From NCBI GenBank assembly GCA_963720465.1, contig OY970393.1:1504001-1568000 (forward strand): a stretch of 64,000 nt of DNA, read 5' to 3'. This stretch comes from Methanobacteriota archaeon (GTDB taxonomy: Archaea; Halobacteriota; Bog-38; Methanoflorentales; Methanoflorentaceae). A program made the translations under genes and the position numbers. Below the pieces are notes generated by a model. It did not search any database. It worked only from the letters and a program-made list of their open reading frames with translations, and was not told the DNA's origin. Shown piece by piece: positions 49,104 to 58,682 of this stretch (its first letter is position 1; every line of letters starts with the position of its first letter).

Positions 49104-49206
49104 TCAACCCACAAGTTCGACATTCCTCCAGTATCGCATGTACGTGCTGTAAACGTTTTCGAGCAAAGGATGCTTATAGTACTTCCAATCGATGCCGCTC
49201 ACCCCG
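49104..49206 (-). pseudogene. Integrase 3'-tail remnant C
   Basis: Manual translation GVSGIDWKYYKHPLLENVYSTYMRYWRNVELVG*. Confidence 0.9.
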
Positions 49207-49327
49207 TTCGGCCATAATTGCAGCACAGCTGAAAGACAACGCTTAAGCCAACACGCCGCCTTTTGCCTGTTGATTTCGTTTTTTTTTTTTGTCTGAGAGG
49301 ATTTGTTTGGAAAAAAAGTTCGTAGCT

Positions 49328-50104
49328 ATGAAACAGCATTATGTGCCTCAATTTTATCTTCGGAATTTCTCACCGGATGGAAAAGGGCTATGCTGCTGCA
49401 ATTTAGCGACTAGAAAATCAAAACGTCTAAAGATCAAGAAGCTTTTTGTTGAACGTGATTTCTACGCAGGTAGCTCAACGGCATCGACAATCGAACTTGA
49501 ATTATCTAAATTAGAGGGCAAGGATGCCAAGATCATTCAACAGATTCTAAAGACGCACACTCTTACAAGCAAAACGGGTGAAGACTTGTTCGATCTAAGC
49601 AGGTTAGTTCTTGTCATGGCCTCGCGGACAAAAGCAACAAAAAATAGCCTTGAGAGGAGAGCCTTTCTTTACGATTATTCTATGGAAAAACTCGGCCTTA
49701 GACCAGAAGAGGTGAGAGGTGAGAAACTTAATCCAAAATCACTTAATTTAGGCGCTATGGAATTGGTATTGAATCTGCCAGAGATAATCTCTGGTCTGGC
49801 GAACACACTCTTAATCAATAAAACGAATGATCCGTTTACCCCTTTTATCACGTCTGATTCTCCGGTGATCCGCTATAACTTAATAGCGAGAGATTTAACA
49901 GATAAAGATTTAACAGGTTTTCTAAATAAAGGCCTCATCATCGTTCTTCCGCTTAGCGAAGAGGTTGCCCTCTGTCTATTTGATGGTGAAAGATATAAGC
50001 TAAAAGACGCGATAAATGGCAATATTATCATACCGGATAGCGAAGTGTCCTATCACTTCAGGACGATAGGTTATGGGGCCCGCGTTCCCTGCCTGTTGCT
50101 TTGA
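49328..50104 (+). CDS. DUF4238-domain protein (possibly truncated at the C-terminus)
   Basis: KQHYVPQFYLRNFS, FITSDSPV, LPLSEEVALCL. Confidence 0.88.
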   Translation: MKQHYVPQFYLRNFSPDGKGLCCCNLATRKSKRLKIKKLFVERDFYAGSSTASTIELELSKLEGKDAKIIQQILKTHTLTSKTGEDLFDLSRLVLVMASRTKATKNSLERRAFLYDYSMEKLGLRPEEVRGEKLNPKSLNLGAMELVLNLPEIISGLANTLLINKTNDPFTPFITSDSPVIRYNLIARDLTDKDLTGFLNKGLIIVLPLSEEVALCLFDGERYKLKDAINGNIIIPDSEVSYHFRTIGYGARVPCLLL

Positions 50105-50775
50105 AATTACCATTTCTTGAAATTTATAATGACACTTTTCAAGGACTGGAACTGTTCAAGGTCAGAAATGAAGAGGTATTAGCTTCTTTACAGAACACTA
50201 TTGAAGAGGTTAGTAAAAAGCTTTCTAACACGTTCACATACGAGTAACAGGCTGATATTGCGCTATAATCCAGCTGTTGAGAATAACTATTTTCGATAAC
50301 TGCATTATTGAGCAGTGATAGAGATGCGCGCCCTAATGGTGATTCTGAGCAATCGCATAAAGCATTATATATCATTATTAAGCGGGACTAGCATCAGGTT
50401 AGCGGTCTAAGCGAGAGAGTGCCACTACAAAGTCGTGGCCACCGAGGCCGGCGAGTCGAATGAGAGCGAATTGAAAAAGAATAATGGATGATTTTGCGTT
50501 TAGTGTCGCGTTGGGGGGCGGTTCGCACCTTTCTGCAATTGGTCAGTCCCCCCGTCAATCCGTCGGTTAGGCCCCCATAGGCCTTTTTTGCGAACCGCCC
50601 GAAGCTTGCCACCTTAACTGGGTAGCCGTGCAGAAATTTTCACGCGCCTTTAACGTCATGAATGAACATTCCAGAGCTCTTATCCCTTCTCTGCTCGTTT
50701 TGAACACCCTTGCTAGACTCGCTAAGGTGCCTCTTAGAATGACGGAATGCAATAACCTAGCAATATAGATACCAT

Positions 50776-53700
50776 TCACTGCTCTTGTTCCCATTGTCTC
50801 TGTTTATCACGAAGGGTTGGATATCTTCCAATTAAACTTTGAAAAATAACCCCGACATCGTGCTGTAATGGTTTAGGGGTTTTGAAAAGCAGATCAACGG
50901 CGTTTCCGATGTCGCCAATGTAGCACTCCTGCGGATACTCCAACAGCTCCTTAAAAATGTCCACAAAATCCTTCTTGCTCACTGTGAAGATCATTTCCAG
51001 CATATCGCCATTTGCATAATATGGCGCTGAAATCCTTTTTGGGTATTCGAGATGAGTAGTCAGATATTCTTTTTCTGCGGCGATACATTTCTTGTAAATT
51101 GATAGAAGTTCATTTTGATAATTTGCATTGTTAAAATTATCCTTCACGAGGGAGTAGATGCTGTCATATGCGCTTTGGTCATATCTCTCGACAATCCTGC
51201 GCACATATTTAAGTGTCTTACTTAAATAGCTCTCGCCGGCGCTGCTTTTCGCATGCGATAATGACCACATATGCCAAGCAATTGTAGATTTAGTCGCTGA
51301 ATCTCTTTCAATCAAACGGCAGAGCAAATCCTTGAACGGAAGCTTTTCTTCTGGACTGAAATCTCGGCGAAGCTCGGCGAAACAGATTATGGTTCCCAAA
51401 TACTTTTTTAGAGCCTCGACATCGGCCTCCACAAAGATGTTAACTGCTTTCGTCGCGTGCGCTAGGTCAACGGACCGCAGTCTGTTAAAAACGTCGGCCA
51501 TTGCGACTTGCAAGGCCTGTCTTTTATTCTCCTCCTTTTCAAGCATCTCAAATGCAATAGCCTCTACTTCATTTGCTTGTCCCTCTGACATGAACCTCAT
51601 GCCGTTCGCCTTCGCATTTCTATTCTCAGCAAGTCGAGCCAACGCCAGGCACGATAGCTGTCTCACGTGAAGATTTCTATCTCTCGTAAGACTTCGGACT
51701 AACGCGATCACCTCGTCCACTTTACCTTCAATGCCACTCCTTACAACACTGCTGATAGCCCAAGCAGCGTACCCCCTGACGGTTCCTATGACCATGACGT
51801 TCGCATTTGCGACATCGATATCCTTTTCGTTACTGGGGTCGGGGTCGCTAACAAATCTCTCAATAAGCTCAAAACTCGGTATTGGATTCTCTTTATCTTT
51901 TGCAGCGCATTCTGTTACGAATTGCACCAGCAACTCACGCGAGTGACTAAAAGAAAACTTGGTTACGAATAGGTCGTAATTAGCAGTAAGTGCATTTGCA
52001 GCACTGAATGCGCGTTCTAATGCTTTTCGGCTATGTCTGTTGTGCAAATCGTGCAATGTCCCAGCCAGGAGCTGTTGTTCGTTGATGGTCAAAAAATCTT
52101 TGTTTTTTATGTCGTTCCATGTTGTCCAACCTTCGTTTGGGCGTTTCACGATTATCCTTGCGAACAACGCGCAGAATTCGCGCACTTGAATTTGGTTAAG
52201 GCGTTTTATGAACGACTCATTGGCGACAAGTTTTTTAAATATCGACGTTGCCCGATTTGAGTCATGACACAGTAATTTCTCGACGTTCGGAATGAGATTG
52301 CCATTGAAAAACAAATCATACTCCAGGTAGCCAGGATTGCTCGCCCACGCCTCTATTTGCGCGATTGCTTGTTTGTGGCCCATAAAAGCTAGGTCGCCTA
52401 CAACTTGGTCCACGAATGGATTGACAGGGCCGCCTGCGGCGGTTATTTTAACAGCCTCCCACTTCTGATCGTCTGTAAACTTGCCAGTTTTCAAGATCTG
52501 ATATACAAATTCAGCGTTATCAGACACATGTCTTCCTGATAGTAGGTGCCCTCCCAAAATCTCCGAGGCTTCTTGGTTGCCTTTCTTATATTCATCAAGA
52601 ACGAATGGAATAGCGATTCGATTGAGGAAATCCGGCCTGTTCTTTGAAACCTCCGTGGGCTCCACTACGCAGTTTTGTTTTATGAAACTCCACCTAGTCT
52701 CGCAGTTGAAATCTCGCAACGCTGGAATCAAGGTGCACAGGATAAATTGTTTTTCTGGAACCTCGTAATCATGCCCATAAACAGCACTTATAGGTCCGAT
52801 GAGATCCCAGCCTTCGAAATCGCACCTGAATTTTTGTCTGTAGAACTTCTCGTATTGCGTGGCGAGTTTGCTTGACATTGCCAGGAATCTGTGCTCGAAA
52901 AATTCGTTATTGTTATCGTTAAGAAAGTGTTTCAGGATTCGAAATATCTCTCTTGGGGCATAGCGACTATAGTTACCTTCGTCTCCGATGACATTGAAGG
53001 TGTTAATGATGAATTCATAGATCTGCTCTTTGGCATCCTTGGTAGATTTCTGATATAATGATTCCAATGTATTGCATAAGTCGCTTTTGCGATGCAATTT
53101 ATCCTCGTCGGCGTTGAGGTAGAAAAGCTCCTCGTCGTACTTTTCGAACTGTTTTTTCAATATGCTTAAAACCGCTTGATGCAGCGAACTATCTTTCTCA
53201 ACAATGGCCGTCAGCAGTTTTGCCAAACCGCTTTCAAAAAAAGTGTCAAAATAGAAGGTATTCAATTGATCTAAGTTGCTCTCAACAAAAGATAAAATGC
53301 ACCTCCTATTCGCCTTATTCGCTATGTTAGCACGGAAAACATCGAATAGTTGCAGAGGATAATAGATTTTGCACGCGTGCCAAACGTTCGTCCAGTCGGC
53401 CAATTTTAAGTCATGTTTGACCTTCAATTTGTCAAGCAACAAATACATTAAGGCGGGATCTTGCGATAAGGCGGTAATCTCGCTGTCTCCGGCCCCTAAA
53501 TTCCCCCCTCTCGCCGCCGCATCAATTTTGTCGATCTGTTTTTCATAACTAGTTAGTTTGGCATTAAAAATTGTTGATCTATCTTTGGCTTTAGAGGCTT
53601 GAGATTGAATTTCGCGCTCCATATCTTCGCGCTTATACACGATGCCTTCAGCAGACCCCCAATGGAACACTTTGAGTAAAATGCTGCGTACAACGTCTTC

Positions 53701-54216
53701 TATATCATCTTGGGGTAGCCAAAAGCCGATAACTTGACTGAATAACAAGTAGACTAAATCTTCAAGAACACTCTTGGGTTGCTGCCAAAGTCTTAGTTTT
53801 GAAAGGAGTTGCCCGTGCTCTCGCTCATACCCTTTCTTCGCTAACTCGTCTTCTAGAACTTCCTGCGGGTAAAATCTCAGCGCTTCTATTTGTTTAAAAG
53901 TCTCAGAAGTCTCAATGCTGCATAGGCTGGTTATCACTAGTATCTCATCGGCAGCGTCGGCAGCTTCTTTCTCTTTGTCATATAGATTCTTGACGAAAGC
54001 TTTGAGAATGTGCTCACGCAATCCCTCTTTCCGATCTTTAGCTTCACATACTATCTTGTGACCTTCGGCAAATACTAAGGTGAAGTCAATAGCGCCTGGC
54101 GTCTCCAATTGAATAGACAAGAACGCAGGAGTTTTCAGGTACTGCAGAAATAACGCCAGCGCGGCAAGTGTCTGATAGTTTTGCCCTTTGAAAGGGCCAC
54201 GTCCTGGATGTGTCAT
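50776..54216 (-). CDS. 1146-aa protein: N-terminal PD-(D/E)xK (Cap4/DUF4297-like) nuclease + HEAT/ARM-like solenoid; candidate defence protein
   Basis: KGQNYQ...LE...IDF...VCEAK; helical remainder with HEAT-like TVRGYAAWAI and DRNLHVRQLSCLALARL; AT-rich. Confidence 0.7.
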   Translation of the reverse strand: MTHPGRGPFKGQNYQTLAALALFLQYLKTPAFLSIQLETPGAIDFTLVFAEGHKIVCEAKDRKEGLREHILKAFVKNLYDKEKEAADAADEILVITSLCSIETSETFKQIEALRFYPQEVLEDELAKKGYEREHGQLLSKLRLWQQPKSVLEDLVYLLFSQVIGFWLPQDDIEDVVRSILLKVFHWGSAEGIVYKREDMEREIQSQASKAKDRSTIFNAKLTSYEKQIDKIDAAARGGNLGAGDSEITALSQDPALMYLLLDKLKVKHDLKLADWTNVWHACKIYYPLQLFDVFRANIANKANRRCILSFVESNLDQLNTFYFDTFFESGLAKLLTAIVEKDSSLHQAVLSILKKQFEKYDEELFYLNADEDKLHRKSDLCNTLESLYQKSTKDAKEQIYEFIINTFNVIGDEGNYSRYAPREIFRILKHFLNDNNNEFFEHRFLAMSSKLATQYEKFYRQKFRCDFEGWDLIGPISAVYGHDYEVPEKQFILCTLIPALRDFNCETRWSFIKQNCVVEPTEVSKNRPDFLNRIAIPFVLDEYKKGNQEASEILGGHLLSGRHVSDNAEFVYQILKTGKFTDDQKWEAVKITAAGGPVNPFVDQVVGDLAFMGHKQAIAQIEAWASNPGYLEYDLFFNGNLIPNVEKLLCHDSNRATSIFKKLVANESFIKRLNQIQVREFCALFARIIVKRPNEGWTTWNDIKNKDFLTINEQQLLAGTLHDLHNRHSRKALERAFSAANALTANYDLFVTKFSFSHSRELLVQFVTECAAKDKENPIPSFELIERFVSDPDPSNEKDIDVANANVMVIGTVRGYAAWAISSVVRSGIEGKVDEVIALVRSLTRDRNLHVRQLSCLALARLAENRNAKANGMRFMSEGQANEVEAIAFEMLEKEENKRQALQVAMADVFNRLRSVDLAHATKAVNIFVEADVEALKKYLGTIICFAELRRDFSPEEKLPFKDLLCRLIERDSATKSTIAWHMWSLSHAKSSAGESYLSKTLKYVRRIVERYDQSAYDSIYSLVKDNFNNANYQNELLSIYKKCIAAEKEYLTTHLEYPKRISAPYYANGDMLEMIFTVSKKDFVDIFKELLEYPQECYIGDIGNAVDLLFKTPKPLQHDVGVIFQSLIGRYPTLRDKQRQWEQEQ

Positions 54217-54459
54217 CGTTTTTGGACTCGTTAAGCCTTCCTCTTAGCACCTTTTAGAATAGACCCTTGGGTGATTTTTACGCCAGATAATAAGCGAGTT
54301 CGGTTTTCCAGTTAGGCAGATTAATCCTCACCTCGTAACCTAGGACAGTCTGAAGTCGCATACTTAAAGGGAGAGCTCAAGTAAAAAAGTTACGTATACA
54401 CCTACTGGCTCTCCGCAAAGAAGCGCAAGGCGGCCTATCGGCTCACACGGTCAAGCGAA

Positions 54460-54630
54460 CGTGGCCTAATGCTTCATAAATGCATCATACCGTGCGTAGG
54501 CAGCGGATGCTTGTAAAATCGCCAATCGACTCCTGAGACGCCGTGCGAGTATGTAGTTCTTATTTGACTGATCTCAGCGCGAGATACCACCTTACCACTT
54601 ACAAGTTTGCGAGATGCCTCGAAAATGGCT
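54460..54630 (-). pseudogene. Integrase 3'-tail remnant B (heavily decayed)
   Basis: *DQSNKNYIL/HGVSGVDWRFYKHPLPTH/YDAFMKH*. Confidence 0.85.
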
Positions 54631-54659
54631 CGGCAGGAAGCTCAAGTTCAGCGACAGAG

Positions 54660-56180
54660 CTAGATTGTGAAGTCGACGTCTCTCCAGTACTTCATGTAGA
54701 TATCATATACGTTCTCTGGCAAGGGATTTCGATAATGCCCCCACTCAACCCCTGAAACACCGTGTGTCAAGATGTAGGCTCTGTTTGACTGATCCCACTG
54801 AATAATGTCGCCGTACTGCTCGGCGAATTTCCTCAAATCGCCGAGAACGAACGGCTTTTGGAACCGCGACATCGAGATTTTCTGTCGTTTTATCCACTGC
54901 AAAAAGGAACTGTGAGTGAACATCAGTTGGTCGTCATTTCGCCCAGCGAGTAGGGGTTTAAGGGCTTCCACAACGCGAGGCGCCAGCGGCACGTAGTGGC
55001 TCATACGAACCTTGTCTTGCGACGAATCAACGAGGAGCACTGGCTTATCAGCAGCCAACGCCGTGCGGAACTGGCCTACCCTTAGCTTCGCCGTCGTAGC
55101 TTCGCTCCGTTGGCCGGTGTACGCCTCAAACAAAACGAACGCCGAATATTTTGCTGATCGCTCAGAACTGATCTCCCCTTCTCGTTGTGCTTTCTCTATG
55201 TGTTGGAGAACGTTGCTAATATCCTCCTTAGTCACGATACGAGAAGTGACGTTCTTGCGCTCTTTGACCGTTTTTGGAGGCTCTAAGTAGGCAGTGAACG
55301 TCTGATAGCGCGGTTCGGCGCGAGTCATGGCGAGGAACTTGAGGAAAGACTTGGCAAAGTTGAGCACTTTAGAATGAGAATCGGTCGATGTATACTCCTC
55401 TAGTGTTCGCTCCCGAAGCGTTTCGACAGTGTGATGTGATATCGCCCCTATCGTGCAATCCCACAATAGCTTTGAAGATCTGTTAATCCAATCCCGCGAT
55501 TTCTGAGCAAGGCCGCTCGTACGATACGTAACGTAACGATCAAGCTCATCCCGCGAGAAGCTAAGCGAATGCTCTTTTTGGTGAAGAGTACTCGAGGATA
55601 TGACTTTAGCCCCCTCCGCGCCGCTCTGTGTTTGCGTTGATGATGGCGTTGGTGCAGGTATCAGTGTTATTGGCTGAGGAGTTAGTGTCACTGCCTCGCG
55701 CTTCATTGCCTTCTTCGCTATTTCCTTTAAGTGATCGGCAATAGCTACACTATATTCAAACTCAGGATCTTCCACGAGCTCTTCCTCATCTTGAGGGGCA
55801 AGACGCGCCCAACGCGCTTCAGAATCGACCACAATATCGTCGAAATAAGCTTGCCAATCTATCGGCAGAAGGTCGACTAAGCGCGTAGACTCGTTCTCGT
55901 GTTGGGGTGCTGAATGAACATTTCCATTCTCGGTATATTGGTAGGAGGTCTCATCGTGCGCTTCCTCCTCTCCCAACCCTTCGCCTGCGGAGTTGTGCAA
56001 CTTTTCATCAAAGTTGTGCAACTTTTTGTCCTTGTTGTGCTCATCTTCTCCCAAGATTCTCACTACCGACAAACGGCTATCTGAGGTCTCTAACGTCCTC
56101 TGGGTCTCCGATTTGGAAAAGAATAGATGGGCTCGAGGCGATTCGAACGCCCGACCTTCGCCGTGTAAAGGCGATGTCAT
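54660..56180 (-). CDS. int: Tyrosine integrase whose reading frame overlaps the tRNA-Val 3' half (probable Int-C of a split, SSV-type integrase)
   Basis: AYTGQR (R), QDK (K), GDLRK (xxxR), LTHG (H), WGHY (Y); the frame begins inside the tRNA. Confidence 0.88.
   Translation of the reverse strand: MTSPLHGEGRAFESPRAHLFFSKSETQRTLETSDSRLSVVRILGEDEHNKDKKLHNFDEKLHNSAGEGLGEEEAHDETSYQYTENGNVHSAPQHENESTRLVDLLPIDWQAYFDDIVVDSEARWARLAPQDEEELVEDPEFEYSVAIADHLKEIAKKAMKREAVTLTPQPITLIPAPTPSSTQTQSGAEGAKVISSSTLHQKEHSLSFSRDELDRYVTYRTSGLAQKSRDWINRSSKLLWDCTIGAISHHTVETLRERTLEEYTSTDSHSKVLNFAKSFLKFLAMTRAEPRYQTFTAYLEPPKTVKERKNVTSRIVTKEDISNVLQHIEKAQREGEISSERSAKYSAFVLFEAYTGQRSEATTAKLRVGQFRTALAADKPVLLVDSSQDKVRMSHYVPLAPRVVEALKPLLAGRNDDQLMFTHSSFLQWIKRQKISMSRFQKPFVLGDLRKFAEQYGDIIQWDQSNRAYILTHGVSGVEWGHYRNPLPENVYDIYMKYWRDVDFTI
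55991..56040. repeat. 21-bp-periodic quasi-palindromic repeats near the att
   Basis: AGTTGTGCAACTTTT at 55991 and 56012; GTTGTGC at 56034. Confidence 0.7.
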
Positions 56181-56201
56181 AACCAGCTAGACCACGAGCC
56201 C
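56128..56201 (-). tRNA. tRNA-Val (TAC), intronless, CCA not encoded
   Basis: GGGCTCGTGGTCTAGCTGGTTATGACATCGCCT-TTACAC-GGCGAAGGTCGGGCGTTCGAATCGCCTCGAGCCCA cloverleaf; TATA about 25 bp upstream. Confidence 0.97.
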
Positions 56202-56335
56202 GCAGGTTACCCTACCACACGTTCATATATTAAAGTTATCAAACGCCACGGGTGCTGCTCAACACACCGTGGCCGCCGCTGGCTAAAAAAGCCCGGAATA
56301 CGATCTTTTTTACTTATTAGCGTGCCGCTTGACCA

Positions 56336-56755
56336 TCATGCCGGGGTCGCGGCGGTAATTTCCTCCCCCCAACCCATCATCGTCTCGTACATCTCTATCG
56401 CCTTCAGAAGCAGGTCCTCGGTATAGTCACCGACCTTGTACACCCACCAGTACGGCTCCCCTCGGCGCTCGATCTCAAACTTGACCGCGTCGTCCTTTGC
56501 GAGAGAGAAATCCTTGGACTCGTCTACAACGATCTCCCCACTTCCTTTGAGCTTTTCTACAAGAGGTTCCATTTTTGTGGACAGAAGAACGCTGATCCCC
56601 CTGTCTGAACCGACTTCGAGTAGAAGGTTGCTCTGGGTACCGACGGAGAACAATCGAAATCGGATGCCATCCGCCTCCTTTTGCGCGCCGCCCCGGTCGA
56701 TGAAGTTATGTGTTGCCAATATCTCTTCAGCCTGTGTTGTCGTCAATTCAGCCAT
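56336..56755 (-). CDS. Hypothetical protein
   Basis: 139-aa ORF with a GGAGTG SD and a TATA upstream. Confidence 0.75.
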   Translation of the reverse strand: MAELTTTQAEEILATHNFIDRGGAQKEADGIRFRLFSVGTQSNLLLEVGSDRGISVLLSTKMEPLVEKLKGSGEIVVDESKDFSLAKDDAVKFEIERRGEPYWWVYKVGDYTEDLLLKAIEMYETMMGWGEEITAATPA

Positions 56756-57298
56756 TATATCACTCCGTTAGTGGTACCCCCTATTGTGCCGACCTAAATA
56801 AAGGGCTGTCGCTTTATTTGCACTAAGTCGCGTCTCACGACTCTTCCGTGCGCCGTCGGGTCTCTGCGTATATGGCGGGTCCGAGCAACGCCTCGGCTCG
56901 TTCTGTAGCACTCGCTCGTGAGCGCGAAGCTCCTGCTCGTCGTGTGAACTGTTCGGCTCTTGTATCAGCTCGTCCCCTTTTCACCATACTCAAGTACGCA
57001 GTAGTGGGGTACTCCTAAAAAATCAGCAAGACAGCGCGTGGTAGGCAATTGATATGAATCGCGTTTTTGGAAAACGCGCGGAAATGCTATTATCGCGAGT
57101 GAAGAGTATCCTCAGGGCGTCGTCAGGGTACAACGTCCAGATCTAGCTCTGCCATAGTAAGCAAGGGCTTGAATTAACCGGCAGTTCTCAGAGGCTCCTG
57201 AAACGCTATACTAAGGATTTCCCATCGATAAAGAGCGCCTCTCCTCCACGAAGCGGCCCTCTCAGACCGGAATTTACCTGAACCCGCTCCTTCCTTTT

Positions 57299-57487
57299 CT
57301 AGTCCTCGGGCAGAGGTTCCAAGTAGACGATGTCGGCTCCGACGTCTTTTGCGATTTGTTCAAGTTCGGTCTTCCTCAGATAGCCCGCGTACAGATGCAG
57401 CTCCTCGCCCGCTACAGCGACAACTTGAAATCGGGGGTGTTCCGGGCCCTTTTCTACCTTCAGCCGCTCTCTCACGTAGATTTTCAT
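57299..57487 (-). CDS. Small hypothetical protein (MKIYVRER...)
   Basis: GGAGG SD and TATA upstream; 62 aa. Confidence 0.7.
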   Translation of the reverse strand: MKIYVRERLKVEKGPEHPRFQVVAVAGEELHLYAGYLRKTELEQIAKDVGADIVYLEPLPED

Positions 57488-57624
57488 CTGTGTCCTCCGC
57501 TGATGCAAAAAGTTGATATATCAGTCACTGGGGGGCGATTCTGCAGCACTTGTGATTCTCAGCGCTTTCCCCCAGGCATTTTTTCGGAACAATGTTGGAG
57601 AATAACCGCAGCCCCTCGGTGCTC

Positions 57625-58674
57625 TCACCCCTGTTTGAGGAATCCTTCAGCGGCGAGCATCTCCGCGTTGAGTATCGAAGCTCCTGCGGCCCCTCTAACG
57701 GTGTTATGGCCCATAAGCGTATACTTGGTGCCCTTGACAACGTCGCGCCTCACCCTGCCAACGGAGACGCTCATTCCGGCGTTGACGTCACGGTCAAGCC
57801 GAGGCTGCGGCCGATCCTCTTCCTCTCTGACGATTATGGGTCGTTCGGGGGCAGATGGCAATCCTTTCAGGGGCTGGAGTGAGGCCATAGCCTGTTTTAC
57901 CTCTTCAGGGGACGCGTCGACGTCCACCCACACTGACTCGGTGTGTCCGTCGATCACCGGGACGCGATTGCAGATCGCGCTGACGGTGATGCTCGCGTTG
58001 ACGACCTTTGTGCCGTTGAATGCCCCCAGAATCTTCGGTGTCTCCGTCTGCATCTTCTCCTCCTCTCCGCCGATGTACGGGACGACGTTATCGAGAATGG
58101 CCATCGACGAGACGCCGGTGTAGCCCGCGCCGGAAACCGCCTGCAGGGTCGCGACCTTGACGTCGGTGAGGCCCAGCTGCATGAGCGGTTTGAGCGTCAT
58201 GACAAGCATAATGGTGGAGCAGTTCGGATTGGTGACGATGAAACCACCCCAGCCGCGTTGCGCTTTCTGAAGCTCGATCAATTTCGCGTGGTCCTTGTTG
58301 ACCTCCGGAATGAGGAGCGGTACGTCGTCGAACATCCTGTACGAGGCGGCGTTGCTCGAAACCCCGATGCCCTCGCGGGCGTAATCCGCTTCAACGTTTT
58401 CTGCGATATCGGCCGGAAGGGACGAAAAAACCAGTTTCACGTCGTCAGGCATGTCGGTTGATCGAGTCGGGATGACGCGAAGGTCACCTATGTTTTCGGG
58501 TACTGGCGTGCTCAACCGCCAATCAACCGCGTCCTTGTAGTACTTCCCTGTGCTTCGCTCAGATGCAGTGACCGCACCGACCTCAAACCACGGGTGTGCC
58601 TCAAGGAGTTGGCAGAATCGCTGCCCGACTGCACCGGTGGCGCCAAGCACGCCGACTTGTATTAGCTTTGACAT
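57625..58674 (-). CDS. asd: Aspartate-semialdehyde dehydrogenase
   Basis: GATGAVGQRF, TNPNCS, QAVSGAGY, CNRVPVIDGH, GHNTVRGAAG. Confidence 0.97.
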   Translation of the reverse strand: MSKLIQVGVLGATGAVGQRFCQLLEAHPWFEVGAVTASERSTGKYYKDAVDWRLSTPVPENIGDLRVIPTRSTDMPDDVKLVFSSLPADIAENVEADYAREGIGVSSNAASYRMFDDVPLLIPEVNKDHAKLIELQKAQRGWGGFIVTNPNCSTIMLVMTLKPLMQLGLTDVKVATLQAVSGAGYTGVSSMAILDNVVPYIGGEEEKMQTETPKILGAFNGTKVVNASITVSAICNRVPVIDGHTESVWVDVDASPEEVKQAMASLQPLKGLPSAPERPIIVREEEDRPQPRLDRDVNAGMSVSVGRVRRDVVKGTKYTLMGHNTVRGAAGASILNAEMLAAEGFLKQG

Positions 58675-58682
58675 ATCTCACC

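Larger units (their letters stand above)
22668..56172 (-). mobile_element. Composite genomic island anchored at tRNA-Val; att-bounded core 29587-56172, left boundary approximate
   Basis: Integrase at the tRNA, att duplication at 29587-29633, many integrase remnants and gene fragments, AT-rich cargo; flanked by ilvD and the tRNA. Confidence 0.8.

Noticed and set aside
56835-56987. 50-aa basic minus-strand ORF
   Set aside because: No motif and no convincing SD; cannot be supported.
57205-57301. Pyrrolysine read-through of the TAG in the MKIYVRER ORF
   Set aside because: No pyl genes in view and no evidence that the extension is conserved.
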